The translations under genes and the position numbers were made by a program. DNA of 63,862 bases, the filler included, from Reticulomyxa filosa (taxonomy: Eukaryota > Protista > Foraminifera), in assembly GCA_000512085.1 (NCBI GenBank). It is 22 parts of 22 records of this genome, joined end to end, with 100 filler letters (N's around TTAATTAATTAA, not from the genome) between each part and the next. Parts side by side here need not be neighbours in the genome. Positions count along the whole stretch, not along the records: positions 11,439 to 12,887 come from ASPP01012277.1; positions 12,988 to 14,752 come from ASPP01043104.1; positions 14,853 to 22,327 come from ASPP01019498.1; positions 22,428 to 23,450 come from ASPP01047341.1; 18 more parts are not named here. One strand, written 5' to 3'. The notes beneath the pieces are model-generated. The model was given only the letters and a program-made list of their open reading frames with translations. It was not told where the DNA came from and did no database searches. This document shows, one piece after another, positions 12,164-23,550 of this stretch; within the stretch, counting starts at the first letter, position 1, and each line of letters starts with the position of its first letter.

Positions 12164-12800
12164 ATATGTATATAGAAGATACAATAGCAAACCTCCTCCT
12201 AATATATCGTCGAGATCGCTCATGACACTCTTGCCACGCGTGTCTTTGGGGGTCAGCGACTCTTCAAACTCAGGAGCACTTTGGCTTCCTTCATTTTCGT
12301 CCAAAGCGTCATCCATAGCAGCAAACACATCTCCTAAGAAACCGTCGGACATGGCTGCGAGTGGATCATTTCCAATGTCATTGTATTAGTATAAATAGAA
12401 CAACAAACACAGCATATGCATATACACATATATGTATATATATATGCATAGGAAGAGATTGAGAAAGCGAACATACAATTTCGTTTTTCGTTGCTCTTTG
12501 TGGCGCTATGTTCGTTTTCGTTGGCTTTGTGGTCGTTGTCATCTGTGTCATCATTTGCGGCGTCCTTTTCATCGTCATCATTTTCGTCGTCTGTGTTTTT
12601 TTTGTCTTTTGCGTTTTCGGGTTGCTCCGACCTCTCCACCTTGGATTGTATGGACTTTTCCAGTTCCTCCAAGCGCACCATCAGTTTCTGGTTGCCCTTC
12701 GAGTCCTTCACACAACCGTGCATGATCTTCCAGCATCGCTCTTCGATCTCTTGATACGAGTATTCGATTTTCTTGATTTCTGTGTTTGATTCGGTACATA
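11485..12800 (-). CDS. Hypothetical multi-exon protein (coiled coil, acidic linker, helical region), partial
   Basis: GC-richer exon blocks in ORFs 12334-12723 and 11387-12352, separated by (TA/TACA)n introns. No family recognised. Confidence 0.6.
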
Positions 12801-12842
12801 TTGCGTTATATAAAAAAGCAACGAAATGTTTAACAGAAACAT

Positions 12843-12882
<40 letters not shown>

Positions 12883-12987
12883 GGAAANNNNNNNNNNNNN
12901 NNNNNNNNNNNNNNNNNNNNNNNNNNNNNNNTTAATTAATTAANNNNNNNNNNNNNNNNNNNNNNNNNNNNNNNNNNNNNNNNNNNN

Positions 12988-13146
12988 TCTCGAATCTGCT
13001 TTTGACTTTTCCAGCATTTTTCCAGCAAATACACTTCTTTCTTTACCACTATTTCGAATAATTGCAATAGCTGGTAATTGGATAGATTTTCATACAATAT
13101 CGATACCTACTCTTTGATCTTCATTGTCGAATTTACCATCTAAATC
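12988..13146 (-). pseudogene. Chaperonin 60 (Hsp60/GroEL) fragment
   Basis: LDGKFDNEDQRVGIDIV*KSIQLPAIAIIRNSGKERSVFAGK matches Cpn60 NxDQxxGIxIVxxAxxxPxxxIxxNAGxEGSVVxGK; internal stop. Confidence 0.75.
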
Positions 13147-13279
13147 ATTCGTTTTTGTATGTGCTGATCGGGGGGTGTTTCTTTTTTTTAGTTTCCTTCC
13201 AGTGGTCATTGATCACGTCAAATGCGGTCGATGACATGGTAGTGTATCACATGGATCGAACTTTGAAATCAGATATATG

Positions 13280-14727
13280 TGCTCAAATACCAATTATATT
13301 GACTTATCCAATTCAACAACGTTTTTCTGTCCAATACAAATAATACTAAATATTTTTTGTATTTGTACATTGTGTTGATCTCTTTCACAATCTTAGTTCA
13401 TCCCCAAGCAAATTCAAAAAATGTATACGTTGTGATGACAACACAGCAAAAAAGAATAATAAATGAAAAAAAAAAACAATGCTATATTTTTGAGAAAGTG
13501 CATAACTCGTTGCTGTAAATCTCTTCATTGGCATGTTGCAACTAATTTGGTCATCGTGGCGGTATTCGGATGGCAAATTAGGATAAATCCCATTATCACC
13601 TTGCTATATTTCGACTGACCTTGCTTTATCTTTTTTGGTTTCCTTATCTTCATTGATGGGTTTCAATTCCACCGACTTCAATCGCTTGTCGCTTTTTTCA
13701 CATTCTTTTATTTGGGCATCATTTTTGGTCTCATCATATAATTCCTTCACGGACTCAAAGAGGACAAACAAACCTAATGAGGGAGGGGGTTGTTTGTCTC
13801 CGTGTCAATATATTTGACAACGCTTCCACCAGCCATAGTGTTGGCATCCTACTCGTCCAGTTCCACTCCAAGATAGTCTTTGTTAGTACTCTCTCTCTAT
13901 ATATCTCTCTCTCAATTTGATCAAAGACCCTATGTAATGGACGATGCTAATGCTTGTTCACAGCCATAAATTCGCGATTGGACTGCACCACTGCATACAA
14001 ATTCACTTCGGACAATTGCGAGAACACTTGTAAATATCTTTCGTAGTCATGTCTCGTCGAAAACTTGCCTTTGTACGTCATGGTTTTGAGCGGTTCCAAT
14101 GCTTTACTTGTTATTGATTATATGTATGTGTACATATATATATACATATATATATATTTTTTTTTTTTTTTTATGTCATTTGTTCATTTGAATAAACAAA
14201 ACAAAATTATACCCTTTGTTCAACAGATAATTCAGGTTCAAATGCTTTTAGGTTGGAAGGGACCTTCAAAACCTTGCCAATGTCTTTTTTTGGGCCTTGT
14301 CCGGTTTTGCAACTGAAGTACCGTTTTCCATGTTTCGACCCATCTATTGTTAATCTCTTTGCTCTTGGACTTGTCGACATGGTTCATTGGCGTGAGAAAG
14401 CTAGGTACAATTTGTATTTTTTTTTTTTTTACAGAACTCAAAGTTAACATAGAGCAATTCATCCCATCAATAAGTATTTGATATTTATTATATACACATC
14501 AATGGGATACTTGTCAAATAATATTACTTTCTTTTAAATCGAATAAAATTTGACGTGTCATGTAAATAGACGACATACATTTAAATATATTTTTAATCAA
14601 GTTCTCAACTTTTTGGGTCCTTGCTGCTCACATCATCCTTTTGAAAAAAGACTTCCACTGTAGTGAGACCGTCATTGTGATCTTTCATGCATAATCAATC
14701 GTCTTTCCCAATGTATTTTATCACACC
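13280..14727 (-). pseudogene. Decayed multi-CAP-Gly domain gene
   Basis: GVIKYIG, DGSKHGKRYFSCKTGQG, SIVHYIGS and DYLGVELDE*DAN...GLFV are CAP-Gly motifs, interrupted by stops and frameshifts. Confidence 0.7.
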
Positions 14728-15260
14728 TGCAAAAAAAGTCAACAGATTGTTTNNNNNNNNNNNNNNNNNNNNNNNNNNNNNNNNNNNNNNNNNNNNTTAA
14801 TTAATTAANNNNNNNNNNNNNNNNNNNNNNNNNNNNNNNNNNNNNNNNNNNNAAAAGAGAACAAGTAATTGCATTAATACAGAACATCCAACAATTGAAA
14901 AGATGTAATTGATTTGCAAAAAAGACCAAATGATCGGATTGAACAATTAAATATTAAATTATCAGTCATGTTTATAAATTTAGACAACACAAAAAAAGCA
15001 CTAAAACCATTTTAGGAAATCAAAACACAAATATTCGATAACTTAAATTTCAAATTATTACACAAATTGAAAAGAAAGAATAAAAAGAAAAAGAGTAAGG
15101 TACACTATGTTTAAATATGGCAAAACTTATTAACACATGACTTCATTTCTCGTTTTCCCAAGTCTAAAAAATGGAATGAATGTTTTTATTGATGAGTAAA
15201 TAAATGAAGGAGATTATTTTTACTTGGAGAATATATCACTTTAACTATTCATATGATAGG

Positions 15261-15485
15261 TGTGGGGAGTCTACTGTGGAGAATCTGCACTAAATGTAAT
15301 ACGAAAGGAACTTAGTTCCAAAAGAACAATTTCAATAAAAGGAAAGTAAATTAAAGAGAATAATGACAAAAGGAAAGTAAGAAAAGACAAGGAAGTAAGA
15401 AGTAGTTAACTGAGGAAGTTTAACCCAAAGGGAGCTATTCAGTTCCATACGAGTTCAACCATGTGTGATAAGGGCTTGCCCTACA
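15261..15485 (+). mobile_element. Solo LTR (225 bp) with 4-bp target-site duplication TAGG
   Basis: Begins TGTGGGG and ends CCCTACA (TG...CA, imperfect inverted termini). Flanked by TAGG at 15257-15260 and 15486-15489, with an internal AATAAA. A second copy of the 3' end at 28234-28275 stops at the same CA. Confidence 0.8.
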
Positions 15486-15590
15486 TAGGTATGAAAAAAA
15501 AAGAAATTTGAATAAAGTATGTTTTATTTTGAAAACGAGCATGAAAAAAAAGATATTATCATGATTGGAACAATCAAGTATTTTGTCATT

Positions 15591-15893
15591 TTTATGCAGA
15601 ATATCTTCAACTACAAAACAAAAAAAGTAAATTTCTTTTGTTAAAAGATGTTAATTATGAGTCTCTGATACATTTCTTTTTTACTTTTTTGGATCCATGC
15701 ACAAGTATTTTACTTTGTTCTTTTCATTGATTTTCAAAATGAAACAGTATCAGTCCATGAAAAGAATAAAGTAAAATACTTGTGCATGGATTCAAAAAAG
15801 TAAAAAAGAAATGTATCAGAGACTCATAATTAACATCTTTTAACAAAAGAAATTTACTTTTTTTGTTTTGTAGTTGAAGATATTCTGCATAAA
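15591..15893. repeat. Long inverted repeat: two 137-bp arms with a 29-nt spacer
   Basis: Arm 15591-15727 is the reverse complement of 15757-15893 with two mismatches. Confidence 0.95.
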
Positions 15894-16429
15894 CTGAAAT
15901 TCGAACAACTTCAATACCATTAAAAATGCAATATCTTTTCATTGATAAAAAAAAAGAATAAAATAGTCGAAATGAGTATACTTTTTCTTGCAAATGTTAC
16001 AGAAATACGAATAACAAAGGCATTTGTTCCTTTTGCGAAAGTATGGAACTTTTGGATAACTATGTTTCCAAACGCATTTGTTAACGGATAAAAAAAAGCA
16101 TAATCATACTTAGAAAGTAATAAAGATTGTTATGAAAACATACTGTCTGAACAAAAACAATCATTTAAACACAATAACGTCCGACAAATGTGAAATGCAA
16201 ATTTTGGTAATTTTTGATAATACATCATATTACATAAAACACACGAGTCAATGCCTTCTAAAAAAAAAGATTAAGTAAAATCAAGTATTGAGTCAACATT
16301 TCTTTGTCAAGATAGAACAACATTTTTTAATTTAACTCTATTTATCAACAAGTTTGTTTGTTATGAATTTCATTTTGTTATTATTATGTAATTCAAAATT
16401 AAAAATATTTTATAAAAATTTCAAAAAAG

Positions 16430-17585
16430 AAAAAAAGAATTGTCTTGCATGTAAAATGAAAATGTTATATATTATCAATATTTTTCTTTACTTTCCATTA
16501 TGATTAATATAAAAAAAATAAAGAAATATATCAATGAAAATGCCATTGACTTGGGCAACAACTGATAATATTTTTAAAAGTTAATTATATGTATTTATTT
16601 TGTCACATGTAACAAACTTTTTATAAAAAATTATTTTTAAAGAATATGAACAATGAAAATTATAATATTTAAATTTCCAATTTTGTGAAAAATTTTTCAG
16701 TTTGAAATTCAGAATACAAATACAAAGAGAATGTCCAAAACAATTTATATTTGTACATTTTGCTTCATGTTCCTAATTAGTGTAAAAAAGAAAATTCTTA
16801 ATTTGAGCAAATGATTGTGTATGCAAACTTCGTTGTGTTTCCTTAAGAAAGAAAACGAAAAAGAAAACGGAGAAAAAAGATAAAATTGCAAAGGCGATAC
16901 TATGTACTTGAAACTTTTTTTTGTTGCCATAATTCTGCAACAGCAAATTATACAAATCAATTCTTTCAAACATATGAAAGTATATAATATGTGTAGACAT
17001 GTTGCCTCTTTGACAGCAGCGTCAATACACCATGATATATTATCTTTTCTTTATAGTTGCAATCATGTTATCAATCTTTAGATGAAAGTGCAAAAGCACT
17101 TGAATACGTTTCCAACGGTGAAAGTATATTTCTTATTATCACTAAAAACATTCAATAAAGTAATTGTTATAGACCTGACATAACGAAAGAGATTGATAAT
17201 ATCCATTTATATTTTTCTTGATTCCAAATCGATAATAAAGAAAAGCTTGTATAAGCTTCCAGCGTAAATTATTAAATAGCACTTTATCTGCGCTGGCATT
17301 CACATTTTTATAAATAATAAATTCGGATTTTCTGTCAAAAAAAAAATTTTCAAATAGAAAAAAGTGTTATGAATGTAAAATTAAAAAGTATATGCATAAT
17401 ATTTTTCTTAAGACAGTCAATTATGATCAATATGAAAAAAAATAATAAATATATAAATAAAATGCCATTGACTTGTGCATCAATTGGAACTATTTTCACA
17501 CAATAAACATAAATTTAAAATTTAATTATATGTACGTATTCAATCACATGAACATCACTTTTTATAATTTTTTTTAAAGAATAAG
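16430..17585 (+). repeat. Diverged direct duplication (~16430-16650 vs ~17350-17585)
   Basis: Collinear shared blocks: atgtaaaat, aatatttttctt, aaaatgccattgacttg, ttaattatatgta, tcacatg, tttttaaagaata. Confidence 0.65.
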
Positions 17586-18110
17586 TTGTAAATTTACTTT
17601 CGTTCTACTACTTTGACAAAATTAATAATGAATATATGAAAATTATTGATTTTTCTATCTTTTCGAAGTTAACGTTTTATTGATTTGAGCCTCAAAAGGA
17701 ATAAGATGAAAAAAATTCACAAAAGTCAATCATTTCGAGAACTGTTCTTCTTCAGGACGTACGTTTTAAATCTTGTCCATGGAAATACAAGATATGGACT
17801 TGTGGAAACCTGCAACAAGAAAAGTTTGCGAATATGCTCGATCCATTGATATCGACATTTGCTTACAATTTTGTATTGCCACCACCATACGACTGGAATG
17901 CCCTATTAAAAAGATCATCATAACAATATTATTTTCAATTAAAAAAAAAAAATGGAATATGTGTATACAAAATGAAAAACGTACCGGAACGGAAATATCG
18001 ACACTTCAACAACGATGAATGGTCGCATATATTTGTATATTTAGTATACCTGGAAATGATAAAAAAGAATGGCAAAGAAATGATTGGGTGGTGGAGTACT
18101 TTATTATGCT

Positions 18111-18507
18111 GGAGACTTGTAGTAGCTGTTAAAAACAACTACTACCTCTCAACCTCGCTAGTCGGGAGACTCGTAGTGATTAGTACTTACCTCTCAACAG
18201 TCGCTATTTTAAATAGCCGGAGATTTGTAGTTATTTCCAACTACCTCTCAACAGTCACTATTTAAAAAGCCGGAGACTCATAGTACTAATTCAAGCTACC
18301 TCTCAACCGACTCTTCTGCTGTAGATGTAATGAGGATCTGCCGTGTCCATCCCTCATTACCTCTCAACGGCCTCGACATTAGATTTGTAATGGTTTACAT
18401 TACCTCTCAAAGTCCTTTTTTATTTTTTTTTTTATTCATTTGTTTATTAATGGCCGGAGACTTGTAATGATTGGGTAGGTACATCTTTGCAGTCTCAACA
18501 TTACTCT
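18111..18507. repeat. Tandem array of 6-7 hairpin units with constant flanks and variable stems (candidate structured ncRNA or ssDNA sites)
   Basis: Six exact TACCTCTCAA copies at 18143, 18188, 18242, 18297, 18358 and 18401, each preceded by a (GG)AGA-YTY-GTA-like motif and a unit-specific self-complementary insert. A seventh partial unit lies at 18456-18507. Confidence 0.9.
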
Positions 18508-19494
18508 TACAGCTTTTTTTCAATGTACTCCCTCTTCACCCATCTATTCCCACCTCCCACCCCCCCCACCAATTATCTATCTTCATTTCCAATCCGGTCA
18601 CAAAGACAATAGCAACTCATTGCAATCGTTGTTGTCGTGTCGTTAAAGAAATAACAGGAACCTGATAACACCATCGCAACTGCATCAATGATCAAAATCA
18701 CATTTATGGTACAATCGACTCCAGTTTAACCATATATTTTAACATTTGGTTTCAATGCTTTGTTTATTAAAAAGAAATAAAATTAATTTTTTAAAAATAT
18801 CCTGTTCAACAAAAAAAAAACAGGAAAAAATTATAAACGATCTTGAGTCTATTATAACTCCGATTGTTTCTAATGTTCCTGGAGTTCATAGCGTTTCTGA
18901 TGTTTTTAAGTTATTTATGACTCCAAACTTCAATACTCGTAAAAAAAAAAAAATATAATAAGATATTTGCATATGATAAAACAAAAATTAAATGTCATCA
19001 CATTTTGATGTTACACAATTAATTTCAAATTCCAAAAAATGTTGACAATGTAATTTTAGTTTTTTAATTGTTATATTGATAATAATTTTTTTTTTAAAGC
19101 AATGCCAATTGTTAAATAATAAATATTTTAGCCAAGAAAAAAATACTTTTTTTTGCTTGTTTAATTTTTGAGTAATGAAAATCAAGTTTTTATACGTTGA
19201 AATGCCCGCTTCGTTTTAACAGGTAGATAAGTTTTTGCTTTTTATCTAATGTGTCACAATTGCTGTAAACTTATTTGAAAGAACTACTATTCGAGTTATA
19301 TTCCGCAATTGCCTTGTACTTTTCATGATAGGCAATTTGAAAATTTTTATAGTCATTACAATTGGAAACAACTACACTTGATTTTTTTAAAAAATTTGTT
19401 TGAAAACCTGAACAACAAAAAAAAAAAGTTGTTTTTCCATCCCAACCATACAAACAAAAAAAGATAAGTTTTCTGATTTGTAGAAAATTTGTCA

Positions 19495-21286
19495 TTATTT
19501 GCGTAAATTTGGTTTAATTTTCCCAATTTGTAAGAGTTCACTCAAACACAATGGTGAAATTGGTAAAGTTCCATGTTTCGCCGGGATGCTATTAACAGTG
19601 GAACTATCAGCATCAATATCACTCAAGCCACTAAATTTCTGATTGCCTGGTGAAACAATGGAAGGAAGGACCGAAGACGAGTTTTCTCTAGAGGTAAAAG
19701 AAGGGAATATGTATTTTCATATGTGCAAGGAGAGTTTTAAAATGTAATATATAAAGGGAAGAAAAGAGAGGAGGAAGGAAAAAAAAACAGAGTCAATTGA
19801 ATTACGCCAAGCTAACCTCGGCAAAGTATTGATCTTGAAACTCTTTGTATTCTTATTATTTGAGTTTTTATGAAATTGTTTATGAGGGTTGATTTGAATT
19901 CCATAAGCACTAAACAACAGCTCATTTCGAATTTGTTTGCGTTGTTTTTTTGTGAGTGCTGTGTTATTAATAATCAGGTGATCCACTTTTTCTTCATGAT
20001 TTTGACTGTCGTTTGTGCAATTGATTTCCAAGTCTCGGGCATGTTGGTCAGTATTCCGAGAATATTGCTGTGCACAAGAAGGTGCGTTGCTATTGCCTTT
20101 TCAATCCAATCAAAAAAAAAAAATAAAAAAATAAAAAAAATAAACACACATATTTTGTGTTTTAAATTTAATTACTATTGTGCAAGGCTCTTCTTTTTTT
20201 TTCTTTTTTTTTTTTTTACTTTTCATTTTCATTTTCCCTCCCTCCGTTTTTTAAAAAATCTTTAGTGGTCTAGGGACGTATGGAGGTATGCATTTTGCAA
20301 AAAAAAAAAAAAAAAAAAAAGTACAAACGTATAAAAACTTACCTTTATTGCTTCCATAATCTTTGGGAGAACGAAAGTTACTTGTGTCCAAGTTTTCATT
20401 GGGTGCCAGAAACAGTTGTTTGTCGTGGCTATTCTTGAAGTTCCGATGACTATTGAAAATGTTCAATCTCTCGCAGTCTTTCAATTCAGTATTGTCACAA
20501 AAGGGTGCGTTTTTATTGCTCCATTGTATCCATTGTTCTGTGGATATGTTGTCCATTTCGAGTGCACTTGTTGATTGATCCCTTTCAAGACCGATCTCTT
20601 GACTTGCTAACCTTTTTTGCATTTTTTTGGCGACTTTGGCCGCCAAAACACGTGCCTTTTCTCTTTTCGTTTGCAGTCTTTTCCTTTCTTCCAATTCGCT
20701 ATTCTGATATTGCTGTATCCTCTCTTTTGCTTTGTTTTGAGCCTCTGCCACCCTCTCAAATTGTCTAAGCACAAATTCTGTTGCTCGAAATGTTGTAAAA
20801 GTTTCAGTCTATTCAAGATTAAGGAAAAAAAAAATTATATATACATATATATATATATATATCGTCGAGTTTTTTTTTTTGTTAAAATATTTTGGGGGAA
20901 TATTTTGGATTTCTAAAACAAATATAATGGCTCTGAGATTTTGTTTTTGGCTAAACTTGCTTTTCCTCGCAGAGAAAGGATTTGGAATCGACCCTTTCTG
21001 TCTTGTTAGCAGTATTGACTTCCCAGTGCCCTTGTGATTTCTGGACATTGCTTTCTGAAAAAGAGTCTCCAACTTCGCTTTTCTCAATTATTGACTCGGT
21101 TTTTTTTTAGATTTGTGTGTCCTTTTTATTTTTGAGCTAATACTCAGAACAGTCGAATTTAACAAAGCTTCTCTATCTGTCGTCTCTTCTTTTTCATCTT
21201 GGTTGCTTTGTTTCCTTTTAGTCTGCGAATAATCCCTTTGACGGGTCATTTTCAAGCTTTTGGATCCTTTGTTTTATTGCACATAT

Positions 21287-21323
<37 letters not shown>

Positions 21324-22226
21324 AGTATATACGTGTATACGTAGATATTAATGAGATTTATTTCTATATGTAGCATATGCAAAACTTTCACGTTTGGATG
21401 TTTGTTCGCCTTTTGTGGCAGTTTTCGAAAGTATAATCGGTCGGGTGACATTGGAAGATTTATTATTTTTGGTGGATATGTCAGTGGATGTGATGGCACT
21501 GACAACGTGGCGTTTTTTCGAAGGGATTGGGTCCCATCTTTTGCTTGGTTGTTTTTTAGTCTTTTGAACAGACTCTTGGAATGTCTCCAAATCTTCAAAG
21601 AAAATAGGAGTGACCATTCTTTCGTTGTGATTCACTGTAAGGCTGACCACTTCACTCGCCGCTTCCGTCGCATTGTTTGAGCGTTTGTACTTACTCCATA
21701 GTGGTTGAACGGAAAGGGGATCAGATCGACTAGCTTGCTCGTTCATTGCTTGCAAACTTGAATTCACTGTCTCTTGGCAGGTTAAATTATTGTTCGCCGT
21801 ATCGTCGAGTTTTGCATCATCTAATGGGGATGGAAATACCAAACACAAGACAAAATAAAAAAGTACGTATACTTCAAAAAAGAAAAAAAGGGAGATCACT
21901 ATAGTTACAAGAATGATAGTAACAACCATAAACATTTTTATTTTATTTTGTTATTGTTGTTACTCGAAGCAAATGTAAAAAAAAAAAAAAAAATAATATA
22001 TATATATACATATATATATTAGTTATTATCAAGCAGTGACTAGACTTTGTTGATTTGCCTGCAATTCGACAGTGACATGTATGTCGTTAGATCCGGGCAC
22101 CTCAGTGCAAGAAAAGATTTCTGTGGCTTTCTTTTGGTCCACGCAGAAGCAGATGAGCATATTTTTAATTTCTTTGTTGGCTTGTTTTGAGGCAATAAAC
22201 ATTGTTGTCGTTCCATAATGAGTCAA
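19495..22226 (-). CDS. Hypothetical multi-exon protein with a basic coiled-coil segment, 5'-partial
   Basis: Chain of same-strand exon-like ORFs (22029-22226, 21348-21935, 20809-21087, 20251-20772, 19717-20031, final exon ending TAA at 19495) separated by simple-repeat introns. Could be more than one gene. Confidence 0.55.
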
Positions 22227-22519
22227 TTTGAATAAATCCTATTTCCAACAATAAAAGAACGACAAATTATACAAAAGGGTAAAAAAAAAAAAAAAAAGAG
22301 GGGGGGGGGGGGGGGGGGAGAAAAAAANNNNNNNNNNNNNNNNNNNNNNNNNNNNNNNNNNNNNNNNNNNNTTAATTAATTAANNNNNNNNNNNNNNNNN
22401 NNNNNNNNNNNNNNNNNNNNNNNNNNNTTTATATTTAAAGAAAATTCATGCAAATCAGTTTTATACTTTTTTTTTAAAGTGTGATCAGAAGCAAAATTAA
22501 AAATAATTATTACAATATC

Positions 22520-22810
22520 AAACACATTGATTGTTTGAATGAAAAAATATCTCATCTCCATTTTGGCAACAATGCTTCAATTACAACAGCTTACATTTGC
22601 ATAAAAACTTGGTGTATTTTCTAACATATACACTACTTTTGAATTTTTCCAGTGTCGTTGTTTGTGTGAATCCTGTCATTGCAACACAAATATTTAACAT
22701 TATAACTACGTTAACCACTATTTTTGGATATGTTTCTCCATAACCGCACTAAATATGTTATTGGAGCTACAACAAATGCAAATGTAAATTTGTAGCTAAT
22801 TGCACGTTAA
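22520..22810 (-). pseudogene. Possible decayed potassium-channel pore fragment
   Basis: YKFTFAFVVAPIT followed, after a frame change, by GYGETYPK and a hydrophobic helix. Heavily disrupted. Confidence 0.25.
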
Positions 22811-23550
22811 TATATTTCAGAGTCATAATCTTTGTGATTATTTGCTCATAACATTCGATTTTCATTAATGTCTTTTTTTAGCAATATTCGCTGTGAAGCT
22901 TCTCTGGATCAAATACTTGCGCTGCAAATTAGATGATTGATAAAAATATGAACATTTACTTATTTATTAAACAAATTTATATCAGTAGAATTACGTTAAC
23001 ACACATGAAAAACTATATAACTTTAATTGTACAAGAACAAAATATTTTTCTGAATTTTGTAAACACTGCCTTATTTTTAGGGGTTAAAAAAAATTGAATA
23101 AAAATATTCAATGAAAACGAAACACGCGTATTCATAAAACACTATTAAGCAAATTACTTTGTATAACTTTCATTTTCTTTACTTATTATTTACAAAAAAT
23201 CGAAATAAGTAAGTTAGCAAACAGCTTTTAAGTTAAAATCATTATAAAATTCTGTCATTGTTTTGTCAAAAGTGTTAAAGTTTTTTGATCATTGCAACTT
23301 TTGGTTTTTTTTGTTGCTTATGAGTCAAACATTACGTTTTATTTTAAAAAAAAAATGCAAATCTCTTTGAATTGTATGAACTTCAAATATTTCTTTTCTA
23401 CTAAAAAAACATCACAAAATAACTAGCAACCTGAACCCATAAAAACAAAANNNNNNNNNNNNNNNNNNNNNNNNNNNNNNNNNNNNNNNNNNNNTTAATT
23501 AATTAANNNNNNNNNNNNNNNNNNNNNNNNNNNNNNNNNNNNNNNNNNNN

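Noticed and set aside
18133-18150. let-7-like sequence (GAGGTAGTAGTTGT on the minus strand)
   Set aside because: Short match in one unit only; the other units diverge there and let-7 is animal-specific.
17972-18265. 97-aa ORF overlapping the array (YLST repeats) as the explanation for the repeats
   Set aside because: It stops after unit 3 and later spacings (55, 61, 43 nt) are not multiples of three; what is conserved is base pairing.
18111-18410. Calling the hairpin array a CRISPR
   Set aside because: The constant part is only 10-11 nt plus a looser second motif, the inserts are self-complementary, spacing is irregular, there are no cas genes, and the context is eukaryotic.
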